A stretch of 63,792 nt of DNA, the filler included, from Reticulomyxa filosa (Eukaryota; Protista; Foraminifera): NCBI GenBank assembly GCA_000512085.1. It is 13 parts of 13 records of this genome, joined end to end, with 100 filler letters (N's around TTAATTAATTAA, not from the genome) between each part and the next. Parts side by side here need not be neighbours in the genome. Positions count along the whole stretch, not along the records: positions 35,126 to 60,642 come from ASPP01047817.1; positions 60,743 to 62,372 come from ASPP01036937.1; 11 more parts are not named here. One strand, 5' to 3'. The notes below the pieces were generated by a model. The model ran no database searches. It was not told the DNA's origin and saw only the letters and a list, made by a program, of their open reading frames with translations. The translations under genes and the position numbers were made by a program. Of the stretch, positions 50,101-62,047 are shown one piece after another (the first letter of the stretch is position 1; the number at the start of each line of letters is the position of its first letter).

Positions 50101-52778
50101 TTTTGATTTTCAAGTAATATTGGATATGTATGTATGTGCATGTATGTGTATCATTTTACAGTATAACACACCAATATATCTCCAATGTGTTCATTGCCTA
50201 GGAAATTATAAAAAAGAAACAAATGTTCGTACTGCACGTCAGCTGATAACATCCAAAGCACACACATTCCAAAAATTAAGCGAGCAATTTGATCCCATGA
50301 TATTACCTTTTCATGCATTACGGCTTTGAAATTGCTTAAAACAAAGGTTGCTATTTTCTGGCGCAATGCCTGAAAGTCGACTTTGTAACAACGGTTTTCT
50401 TTTTGAGTGCTACAAGTCAGCCAAAACCTTTTCATGATTTGTAGAGACGTATTCACCGAGATCGTGTCGTTTATTCGAAGATACAGCCACACCAAAATGG
50501 TGACTGCGTATTTTACGTACTGTTCATGAGGGATCGAACGTATCATTCCTTTTTCCGTGACATCATGCACGATAGCCCTACAAGGAATAGTGATATCGAC
50601 CTTCTCATGCTCTCGCTTTGCTGTTTCGATCACGTATGAGACTTTGCTCTTTTTTTTTTGAATTTCACTTAAATTCCATACGCAATGGTACACAGAAACG
50701 TCTTCTCCGATTTTTTCGAACATTAGACCTTTTTTTTTTATTTATTGCCATTGTTTTTGCAGATAGAACATATCACAAGTCATATATATACACACACATA
50801 TATGTATATGTAAAAACTGGAGCTATTGGCAACACTGGGACGCAAAGAATAGTCATCGTCCTTGCCCGACAGCAGGATAACGTGACACAATGAGTTGGGC
50901 TCGGCCAGGATGGATTCTTCACTGGTGACTTCGAGCACGTCGCTTGGCGGGGACGTGTATCTTTTATCTCCCCAGCTGCACACACTCTGCACAAACAGCG
51001 AGCGACGATCTCTATCGATTGAAGACAGCAGATTACAGACGCTATTGATATCAGTCCAATCGGAACAGGACGATGGATCTCTGTCGCGCCCCCACGCGAT
51101 TTGGTAAGAGATAAATCCGATCGCTTGATATGGGGAATGCCAACACATCCATTTCTTGGAATTGTCCCGGAACACACGCACATGCGTAGGAGCAGACGGT
51201 TCAAAGTGTTTCGTCGAATCCTGTACTTCGACAGATGGGGTCATAAACACGACGGGCCACGTTTCTTTAGTCTGTTCCTTGTCCATGTTCTCTTTTTCGC
51301 GTATAGCGGAGATGGTGATAAAGTACTCCGTGTCGGGGACCAAATCATCGGACATCCACTCAGACTCATAGGTGGTGCCAATGACTTGGCCGTAATGGTG
51401 GTTGTACTCGCGAATCAGATACTTTATATTCTTGTTTTTTGGGTCCTGGGCGAAGCGAGCTGGCCACCACTGCAGTTTCGCGGACATTGGCAGGACCTCT
51501 AAAAGTTGGGGGAAAATAGGACGACAAGGAAGCACAGACAACGAGAGCATCTCTTCGAACGTCTTATGTGTACGAACACGCAATGGCTCTGTCCACAGCG
51601 ATTGCTCCATATCTTGCTTTTGTTCTAGATTGTTAAGCATTCGCCATTCAAAACATGTTTGCAGTGATATATCGTACACACAATTTTCTTTCAAATTATC
51701 CAACACTGCATAACGCTTCTTGTTTGATACTTTCCATGTCATCTTTCGCTCTTCTTTTTCATCTGTATTCGTCGCACTCTCTTTTGTATCTTCGCCACTC
51801 CAATCTCCAGATGCGTTTGCATTTGTCCTTGTATTTGTTTTTTTATTGGTTGAATTACTTTTGCTATTGCTATTGCTATTGCTATTGCTATTACTATTGC
51901 GATTATTATTGCCATTGTTTTTACTGTTGACTTCGGATGCATTCGACGATTTCAAATCTTGCTCTTTTGCACAAACCTCAAACCACCACATACTCTGCTC
52001 GTTCAATCCATGTGCACGGAGTTGATCCATGTTATACTTACTCATTTTCTGCTTGATCCATCCTGTGGACACATCCTCCACACTCCAGTTTATTATTATT
52101 TGATTCACTTCCACTCCAACAATCCTCGTTTGGATTGGGATGCACGTCACTGTTGTTTTTTTTTTTAATTAAAATAAAAAAAAAAAGGGTCACTTGGGAT
52201 CGACGTAGAATCTCCCTTTCCACTCTATTTTTTCCTTTTCCTTACGCTTACCCAGTCTTTTGATAAGGAATTCTTTGAGGAAGGACTGTGACGATAAATT
52301 CGATGAATCGCTGTCATTTGTATCTGTAGAGCTTGAGGACTTCTCTGAATCTTCAAACTCCGTTTGCAATGTGTCGTCGTCCACGATCTCGACATCCGAA
52401 GAACAGTTGCTCAAGATTTGATGTGCGTCTTTAAAAGACACCATCAACCATTTCACATTCTTCGAGTAATCGTCATCCATTATTCCTGGAATCTCTTCTT
52501 TGAACTTTTTTTTTATTTGATCAACCAAATCTTTATATTTCATTTCTTTTATTGTTTCGCTTGTTAATTTTGAAAATGTTATATCCTTGTAGCTGCACTC
52601 CTTTTTATAAGTGTGCTCTCCGTTGTCTACATATACTCGCAGAGTCACTTTCCCTTCGCCTAATCACAATACATATCACCGTATGTTGTTTTTTAAATTT
52701 AACCGACAAAATGTTCAAAGCAAAAATCAAGTATATACAATGTTATTGAACTACTTTTATCAGACCTGTGTCACTCAT
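35126..52778 (-). CDS. RNF213: Giant RNF213/mysterin-like dynein-related AAA+ ATPase / RZ-type E3 ubiquitin ligase, many exons, 3'-truncated by the contig end
   Basis: RNF213-family motifs appear in the expected order: GQPHIYFC...IFCDHLTSIEQLECFLIRS; SQNECVGKS; DYALTFDNILKI...PVLIMGET|GCGKT; VFLDEINT; IIAALNPHR; QLVYRVFPLPKSLQTYVWNFGSL; SVCSLRDVRR; IAKNRAFCENLF...VVGRPG|SSKTLAM; LDEVGLAE; GLSNWRLDSAKMNR; FYGYRDFYSL; MRNFGG; IFGSKF; AMSTGKICVLLKLEQLYDSLYDILNQRY; FLNRFEK; RFPFS; RZ finger CPNNHLYFVANC...CPTC. The first three introns (from 52765, 52251-52150, 50817-50729) join in frame from ATG 52778. Confidence 0.93.
45055..45123 (+). repeat. (TATATT)n intronic microsatellite
   Basis: About 11 perfect copies inside an intron of the RNF213-like gene. 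Confidence 0.95.
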
Positions 52779-54109
52779 CTTTCTTGTCTCTATCAAGACC
52801 AAGATGTAGTAAAAGGGGTAAATAAAACAAAAAGAGTTTTGTGGATCTGCCTGAAAGACAGATCTTTTAAAGTAAGGAGTGTGATTATATCAAATCAATT
52901 AGTCAGTGGAATATTTTAGCGCGTGTGAATGTCATTAACTTTGATAAACAGGCCCTCATTTATTATGTGATGAAAAACAAGGGGATTTTTGAAAAGACTC
53001 TAATAATGGAAAAGCCTTTGCGCTCTGGACGAGGCACCTAGACACTTGATGATTTTGTGGTTGCTCTAAAAACTAAGAAAGAGTATTTCTCAAATATTTT
53101 CATCGGACGTTTTCGCAAACGATTTTGTCTTTTTTGTCGACTCTTGTCTCCCAACTTCTTTCTTTTTCATTGGGCAGCAAAAAAAACCGCTTTTGAACAA
53201 AAAGATAAATCAAAATAAGAAAAAAAATGAGCCGTGGATATCTTTGTTATGGTTGTTCAGTGTTGTGTGTCATTCAGTTTGTAAATGCGACCCGAACTTA
53301 GAAGGTACTGTTGATACAACTTAGTAATGGCGGCGGGTTTTAGTTGCTCCGTTTCCGGCCTCACTCGATGCCCCGACTCTTTGACTTGAATCAACTCCGA
53401 TTTCATACAAGAGACTTGTATTCCAATCACTTCCGTGACAGTATCAGTGTTGAACCATAACTTTGACCAACAGAACCATTTAACGTTTGGACATTTTCAA
53501 AACATCACAAATCTCAAACAATTCTAACTTAAGAATCCAACGACTCATTTTGATAGTATATATATTTTTTACTTCTATATATAGCCAGTTGAAGATAGCA
53601 ATATTTTCTTTATGGAAATTTTAGTTTTTCTTAATTTCGAGAAATCAAACAGCAGAAAAATGGTTTGCCTACTTTTTATCGAATGGCACAACTTTGTTGA
53701 AATTATTTAACAAAAAATCCTATTGCCTAGGGAAAACGTACTGAATGCATGAAGGTCCATTTGAGAAAACTCTTTGATTGCCGGTTAGTGTAGTGACTGT
53801 GTAACAAACAGCGTTAGCCTCTGGTTGTTTTCGACTATCAACCATACTCTCCTCGGCAAGGCAGTATTGCCATAACCTTCCTTAAAATTTACTTTTTTCA
53901 AAAATGAAGTTTATAAGTTTCCTTTTATCTAATGCAAAAATGATTGTCAAGTCCTACATGGATCGATTAAGAACAATATCGTTGTGTTGAAAATACTAAT
54001 TTGATTAAATTAAATATCCAAAAAGAAAAAAGCAAATAAACCCACCACACAAATAATTGAGCACGCATTTTACTTCGTGCCACCTTCCCCTTCTTCAAAT
54101 CACAAACGG

Positions 54110-57100
54110 TTATTCGGTAGCATTGAGAATTGTGATAAGAGGATTTTCACCCAACCAATCAGTGGATTTCACTTTTCCTAATTTATCCAATCGATCCAAT
54201 ACTTTTTTCAACTCGCTATGTAGCAAATGCTATTTGAAAGCAATGTCCAATACATGCAGTCAGTAAAAATGTCAAAATACAAACGTACCAAAAACAGATA
54301 GAACAAAAAAAAAACAAACTTTAGTGTTTTCAGGTAAATCTTTGTTGTATTTGTTCAGTAAAGTCATAAATTTGATAGTGCGGTCTTGGTGATTTCTCAG
54401 AATCTCCAAAACCAAATTCGATTGCTTTTGTAAATCTAATTCTTCTGCCATAGATCTTCCAACATTGAGTCTGTCTAGATCAATGGCCCCAGTTTTTGGA
54501 TCTGTGGCAGCAGCTAACGTGGCGACTTTGTGCAAGCGAACGGCTTCCTCGACGTCATCCTCTGTCACAGACGAAGAATGTCGCATCCTGGCCAAAGCTT
54601 CGCTGATGCGAATCAACGACTCCAACTGGCGAGGAGTGGCGGTAATTGTCTTTCGTCCATCCTGACGACCCATTCTTCGCATTTCACAGTACTTTTCTTG
54701 TAATCGGTGACATGCACGATCCGATAGCGTTGGATGTATTTCCCGACGACTGTAGGAAATGTAATCCATCAAGAGTTGCTGATCGATTAGGCCGGATTCG
54801 ACCTCTTCCTCTCGATTCTGTCATGTTTATTGTAAAGTTTGAAATGAACACAAATATAAGATAGGAAAAAAAAGAAGAGGGTAAACATAACTGCATAATA
54901 CAAAGACACAATGTGCTTTGCCAATTTTTTGTCAATCGCTTCATTTGGTCTGTCCAAAACCAAGTAAATCAAATCAAATCGACTCATTAAAGTCGGTGGC
55001 AAGTCAATATTTTCGACAATGGACTTGTTTGGATTGTATCGACTGTCGACGGGATTGGCCGCTGCCAAAATGCATGTGCGAGCATTCAACGTGCAAATGA
55101 TCCCTGCTTTTGCAATGCTTACTGTTTGTTGCTCCATCACCTCGTGCAATATGCTTCTGGCTGACTCACTCATTTTGTCAAACTCATCGATGCAACAAAT
55201 ACCACGATCACTCAACACGAGAGCACCAGACTCCAATACCAAGTCACGGCTGTCCGCGTCTTTGGTAATGTATGCTGTCAACCCGACCGCCGAGGATCCC
55301 TTTCCGCTCGTGTAAATGCCGCGAGGAGCAATCTTATGCACATACTGCAACAATTGGGACTTGCTTGTTCCAGGGTCCCCACACAACAGTACGTTCATTT
55401 GACTTCGAAAGCGGCCGCCCCCTCCAGCAGAAAAATCCTTGTCTGAGCTTCCAAACAACTGACACAAAACACCTTTTTTGACATCTTCCATTTCCCAAAT
55501 GGAAGGAGCCAAAGAGCGAACTAGCTTTTCGTAAATATTTGGGTCTCTTCCCAAGTCTTTCAACTGTCTAATGCGAGTCTCTCGTCGAGCTTCCGACTCG
55601 TCCAGCTCTTCAAACGTTGTAAAGCTGTCCGTGTCTTTTTGGCTTTTACTACTTTCCACTGTAAACTGGTTCGACTTACTTTTTTTCACATGCAACGCGT
55701 CCACATATGTTTTGTACACAGCCTGGATCTGTCGTCGTCGAGGATTGGCACGGATGGCTGCCTTTGGTGGAATATTTCAATCTTTTGATTAGGTCCACCT
55801 CACAGGGAACGAGGGAAAAAGCAAAATAAATAAATAAATAAATAAAATTTGAACTGCACGATAAACACCGGTTACTTCAATCCGGTCGCCAGGCTTGCAA
55901 ATGTCTACCAAGTTCTCGTACACGTAAACGTCAATGGTTTGCGGAGTTTCACCATCAGGGATGTGTTCTGGGGTCTCTTGCACCTTTACCAACTGCTTGT
56001 CTTGGAATTTGCATCGATTGTGTATCAATTCCATTGTGTTCCCACTCTTTTGTTTTTTTTTTTTTTTAAAAAAAAAATACAACGGAAAAAAATGAATGTG
56101 CAAATGTAGTGTTTCGTTTTTTTTTTTTTTTTTTTCCGCGGACTTTGTTTGCTCGTCATAGCAACAAACACTTGACAAAAAATCTATTTCTAACGCCTCT
56201 CAGCTCTCAATAGTTTTTGTTGTCAAAATGGACGGACCTGACAAGAGACGTTTGGACATTTGATGGGCTCTTCGATTCTGCCCGCTTCAATCATATTTTC
56301 CACTTCTGTGTGACACAACACACATCTGAAAAAAGCGGTTTGAATGTCTGGAATGGTCCCGGTGCAACGAATCACCATGCCTTGGACGGCAACTAGCTTG
56401 TCAATGTCGGACGGGTTCATGTTTCGCATTGATTTTACTTCGCGTAAATTGAAGGGTCGAATCCAAATGTCGACCTGATCTGTGTGCTCGTCGATTATTC
56501 TTTTGAAGTGGTCCTCTGTTCGTTTGTTTTGTTTTGTTTATTGGTTTGTTGATTTTTGAATTCAAACGTTGCTCATTTATTCTTTTGCTCAATCGACACC
56601 CCTTTTTTTTTATTCGAGTTGCTTAACCAGCATAAACGTTCACTTGCGAATCAAATGCAGGCACTACTTCAGATGGAAAATTGACAGTTTGATTGTACAA
56701 TTCTCGGTCAAAGTTGTAGACGTTGCTCATATCCAAATTTAAATTTGTCAGCTGAAATAATATTTTTTTGTATGTTGTGGTGTTCTTTGGTTGTCGTTCT
56801 TACTTTTTTTTTTCCGGACTTGTTCCCCTCTTTGTCATTTTTTTTTTTTTTTTTAAAAAAAAAGGACCGACGTAGGCATATTGATGCAATGGTTGTTGTT
56901 TTTTTTTCGACACAACAAAAACAAAGCGAATAAGTATAAATATATGCAAACTTGTGCTTCTAAACAGTCTTGAATTAGATCTGTGTACAATTTTTCTCCG
57001 TTTTTCTCAAATGCTGAAATAAAGCGACGAAATCGTTTGCTGACATCGTCAATGTTGATATTAGTTCCCCATATTGTACTTGCTGCTACTGGCTGGCTAT

Positions 57101-57408
57101 CTGTGTCGTTTTGCTCGGTACTTGGGATGACAGGGCGTTGGTGTTGATGTTTCAGTAGCCTTCTTACGTATGGGCTGTTTATTCGTTTGTATGTTCGTTT
57201 TTTTTTGCAAACATTCCATGTGCTTATTATGTTTTTATACCCACAAGATGGCAGGTTTCATAACAAAAAAAAAAACTAACGATCGAGAGGCTATTGATCT
57301 TTGTGACGGTTGTTCGTCGGAGCCATTGTTGTTTGTGTTCTCACTTTCTGGCGCATTTATCCGTGGGGGAGATGACGTACGAATGGGTGAACTAGAAAGA
57401 CCACTCAT
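54110..57408 (-). CDS. MCM4: DNA replication licensing factor MCM4, multi-exon, apparently complete
   Basis: [21 protein letters not shown], Zn finger CVLC...[90 protein letters not shown] and [15 protein letters not shown] at 57408 starts an S/P-rich N-terminus; TAA at 54112-54110. Confidence 0.96.
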
Positions 57409-58168
57409 TTTTTATTTGAAATAAAGTTTCTGTTTATAAAGAAAAAAGTGGCAATTGGCGCCTCGAGAAAAGTTCAGTCAAAACTAAAAAAGAGCCTGTC
57501 TTCGCGAAACTGATTGACTAATTTAGCTTTCTTATTTTTGGCAAAAATAAACAAGATGGAAAATGCAAATTCAAAAGTCGCGTATTCCAAACAAAAGATA
57601 GAGACACAAAAAATAGTGGAGAAAAGTATTTGTAAATTAAGATTTAATTCTGTATCAAATATCACTCGGTGCTAATAATTCAAAAGTGTAATTTTGAAAG
57701 CTATGATTAGATTCTTTGTGAGCACAAGTATTCTGAAATTCATGACGAATCACAATCAGTTCACGTCGGTTACGTAATTCTGAAAAAGATCGTGATGTGT
57801 TTGATCTCGCTAGAGCCGAGTTGAATACTTAGCAGCTTTGATCTTTATCAATTTCTCAAGAAATAGTAGTGGAGTTATCATATTTCTTTAGATCGAAAGG
57901 TAAACAAAATTGATTTTGTTCGGAAATTGGCTGTGTAGCAAAAAAAATGTTGATTTCTTAAAATTAATGACTTTTTGTGTGCTGAAAATTATTTAAATTT
58001 TGATATTGAGCATTTAAAAAAAATTGAGTTAGTGCCTTTGATGAAGTAGTGATACTTTTAGAAGAAAAATGTCACCTTTAATTGACCTTTTTGGCAGGGG
58101 AAAAAAAGAAACCAAAATTGCGTTCCAACAGCCCTTTGTCAAAAATAAGAAAACCCCTATCCTTTTGA

Positions 58169-60342
58169 CTAAGAATGAGATCGCAATTTACTTCGGCTGT
58201 GGTCCTTTTCTCTGCCATTTTCTTTTCTGTCTTTGTTTTTGTCTCGGCTTCTATCTCTGTCTCTATCTTTTTCTTTGCTTGGAGTGCGTGACTTTTTGAA
58301 ATCGCGTTCTCTGTTATCTCTTTCTCTGTCTCTCTCTCTATCTCTATCTCGCTCTCTGTCCTTTTCTCTGTCTTTTTCTCTTTCCCTTTCTTTTTCTTTT
58401 CCTCTTTCTCTATCACCTTCTCTGTCTCGTTCTCTTTCTTTTTCTTTTTCTCTTTCCCTTTCTCTTTCTCTATTCTCTCTTTCAATGTCTCGTTCTCGGC
58501 TACGATCGCGGCTGCGGTCACGACTCCTGTCCCTGCTTCGATCTCTGCTTTTGTCTCGACTACGGCCTCTGCTTTGGTCTCGGCTGCGGTCACGACTGCG
58601 ATCTCGACTGCGGTCTCGAGATTTGGCACGATATCTCTCCGTGTCTCTGTCCCTGTTTCTGCTTCGGCTGCCACTGCGCCCATGATCTCCGCGGTTGTTG
58701 CGGTATGTGTCTCGTCGTTCGCTACTTTTTATGCATAGAAAAATTAAAAATCAAATTATTTCGAATATATTTCGTTGTGTGTTTTTTAAATTTCCCAACT
58801 GATAATCTCTTTCTGAAAAGCGGTCTCGTGGTGATGCTCCTCTTGAGTAGCCGTGGCGATCACTACTACGGTCACGATCTCGACGAGATATTGGTGGACC
58901 AAACGTCTTGAGTTTTCTGCGATTGTAGTCGCGCTCGTCGAATACACGGACGCTGTGCCCACCAAATTTGCTGGAATCCAATACTCGAAGAGCTCTTTCA
59001 AATTCATCTTGATCCATGAACTCGATTACCCCTTCGCTCTATTTTACATCATTACCCCCCAAAATTGAACCATTAATATTACTCTTCTCATCCTCATCAC
59101 GTTCAACTTAGAAATTAACAAAAAAGGAATCAGCACAAAAAAAGATTACCATTCCATGTCTATTGTAAACATCAGTTAAGGCAATGGATTGCAATTTTTC
59201 ACGTTCAGCCCATCTGCGAATATCATCTGCGGTGGTGTCGGAGCCAATGCCACTAATAATTGCACGATATTGACCACGTTTACCTTTTGGTGGAGGGCGA
59301 CGATAACGGGGATCCCCGCCTCTGTCAACAACAAAACAAAAATCTTTTCCAATTCCATCTCTCATGTTATTTCATTATTCGTGTTTTTAGTAGCGTGTTT
59401 TATGTTAGTTTTATTTGAATTTTTGTCACCTGTAGCGAAAAGGCTCGACGATTAATTTTCTCCCGTTCATCTTTACTCCATCGACACATCTACATCCCAA
59501 TTATAAAGAAAAAGAAAAAAACACATAGTTTCTTTTTTTTTTGGTAATCGTCATTAAAAAAAAAATCAAGTCCGAATCAAATCAAACAAAGCAATTTTGT
59601 ACAGGCAAACTAAAAGTTAAAAACCAATCATTAACGTTCTTTTTTTTTAAAGGAAAAACAAACAAACAAGACAAAAAGACCAAACCGTTGGTTTAAATTT
59701 TGCTGTAATGTTTTGAATTGACATAACAATACAAAAGGAATAAAAATCAACTGAGATTACAATCAAAGCAATCCCAACGATTCACAATTTGGCATTTCAC
59801 AAACCAAAAAATCTTTGCCAATTTTTTTGTCATACCCTTATCATTTATCACCGCGGAATGTCGCGCTCATGTATTGCATTATTTAAAAGTGAAAAGAAAA
59901 AAAAAAAGATCGGTTTGATTTGTCCACAAATCCATCTAGCAATCATCCATTTTTTGTCACCAAGCGTACTACCAGGAACAAATTTAGAAAAGGCAAAGGG
60001 GGAGGAGAGGGGGAAAAAAAAAAGCAAAAAAAAATTGCAGTTAAGAAACGCTCTAATTGACGGAACCGGTACAATTTTTCGGAAATTCAAAAAGATTGGC
60101 ATACCAAAAAAAATCCAAAAAAAACAAAAAATTAAAGCAAAGGCAAGCAAATGAAAAATCACTGACTTAATCGCTTGTTCAGCTGCATACTGTTCGTCAA
60201 ATTCCACAAATGCGAAATCTCCCTTGAATTCGAACCCAATAACTTTTCCAAAGTCTCTGAACAATTTTTCCACTTCAGATTCTGACACGTCACGAGGTAT
60301 ATTGCCAATATAAACCTTTTGGGGGTTCTTAACAACAGACAT
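58169..60342 (-). CDS. SR-family splicing factor (two RRMs + long RS/RD domain; SRSF4/5/6-like architecture)
   Basis: RRM1: KVYIGNIP...KGDFAFVEFD...AIK|CVDGVKMNGRKLIVE. RRM2: YRAIISGIG...SEGVIEFMDQDEFERALRVLD. The tail has RDRS/RSRD repeats and ends at TAG 58171-58169. Confidence 0.9.
58240..58680 (-). repeat. Low-complexity coding repeats encoding RDRS / RERD / KEKE
   Basis: (CGAGACCGCAGT)-like 12-mers and AG-rich hexamers in the last exon of the SR gene. Confidence 0.85.
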
Positions 60343-60742
60343 CTCAACACCTGTTGACTAATTGTGAAAGGGAAGGTGATTAGCAAAAATTTTCTAAAAG
60401 TTCTTTTCTTTAGTTTTTAATAATTTAGTATTTTTAGCTAACAACAAAACGTATTCCATTTTTGAAGAAATTAACAGACGAAATAGAAAAACTTTGCAGA
60501 TAATTTGTGTATCCTTCTGGTTTGTTTATTTTTTTTTTTAAATTTAATCCAAAACTTTACATAATTTTCTTTAACAATAAAAAAGATGTTGCAAAAACTC
60601 AAGCATTGAAAGAGATATTATTTATGTTATTTGCATGTATGANNNNNNNNNNNNNNNNNNNNNNNNNNNNNNNNNNNNNNNNNNNNTTAATTAATTAANN
60701 NNNNNNNNNNNNNNNNNNNNNNNNNNNNNNNNNNNNNNNNNN

Positions 60743-62047
60743 TATCACTGAAATATCTTTACGAGGATATTTATATTTTATCACATGTAATACTCTTTGT
60801 TGGATCTCACAAGAAATGATTGCCTGTCCACATTTCAATCCTTCCCATGCAATTTGAGATAAATAATCCATTTCCATTTCAAATATATTCAATATTTTGT
60901 CATTATTTAATTTATTCAATCCATTTAATTTCATCCAATTCCATTTCATATAACTTTTCAATAATGTCTCATACAATTGTGAAAGAGTCATTTCATCCCA
61001 CTTTTCATGATTTGAATTATCTTGTCTTGATAAATAACAAAATAATCTTAAATATAAAGGTGTATGACTCAATAATTTCAAACTTCGATTATTGTTCAAT
61101 TTCTTCATCAAAATATTTGATTCTTTGTTATTTTTGAAATAAGCGTTGATATAATTTTGAATATCTTGTGATTGAAATCCAATGACATTCAACATTCTTG
61201 GATTGTTCAGATATTCACACATTGCATTGGGTCGACTTGTCATTATTATTGAATATTTTTGATTTGAAGTGCAATGTTGTAACCATGCTTTTAAATTTGT
61301 ATTATTTTGAATTTCATTTGCAATTTCATCAAATCCATCCAATATTAATAACAATCCATTCATTGAATTAATCATGCATTTGGTGTCATTTAAATTCCAT
61401 TGTGGAATATGTAATTCATTGACAATGATTGACCATAAGTATTCAATATCATCATTACTTTCATCTTTTTTTTCATCATCACAATTATCATTAATATGAT
61501 GAAAAGCATTGATAATAATTCTCAAAGGGATGTGCAATAGATATTGAAATTGATGATTCCACATCTGATCATTTCCCCATAAATGTGCAATTCTTTGAGA
61601 TAACACACTTTTTCCACTCCCAGCTTCTCCTCGAATACTAGTGTGATGTATTTTTGATTGATTTTGTTTGTCATTCCAAATATCTTGCAATTCGATATGC
61701 TCAGTTTGATTTCCATAAATTAATGAATAATCTAAAGAATTTGGCCATTTTCCATTTTCTTCTTCATTTTTTTCATGTCCTTGATTGTTAGTCATTTTAT
61801 CTTTTTGTTTCTGGAATTGTTGCTGAGTCAAAAGGGCCAATCGAACGTAGCACGTGTGAATGGATTGTTCAGGATCATCGAATAATGGAGCCAATTTATC
61901 TTGTGATTGGTAATGTCGTTTCAATTTTTGTTTGATTGAATGTAATTGTTCGTTTTCACTTTGTGCTTTGCCGTTGTCATTTTTTTCTTCGTTAATACTT
62001 GAAATTTGTGCAAGAAAGTCCTCTCTTGCTTCTCTTTGGCCATCCAT
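60743..62047 (-). CDS. NACHT-family (STAND) NTPase, NLR-like, 3'-partial
   Basis: Walker A IRGEAGSGKS, Walker B LLLILDGFDE, sensor IIMTSRP, GFQSQDIQNYINAYF, HTPLYLRLFC and winged-helix LSQIAWEGL. No intron in more than 1.3 kb. Confidence 0.92.

Noticed and set aside
53260-53500. Slightly GC-richer segment between MCM4 and the RNF213-like gene as an ncRNA or small ORF
   Set aside because: It contains only a ~49-codon ORF with no recognisable motif, and no RNA family signature could be identified.
58078-58685. ORFs 58078-58683 (-) and 58233-58685 (+) as separate proteins
   Set aside because: They are alternative-frame and antisense readings of the RS-repeat exon.
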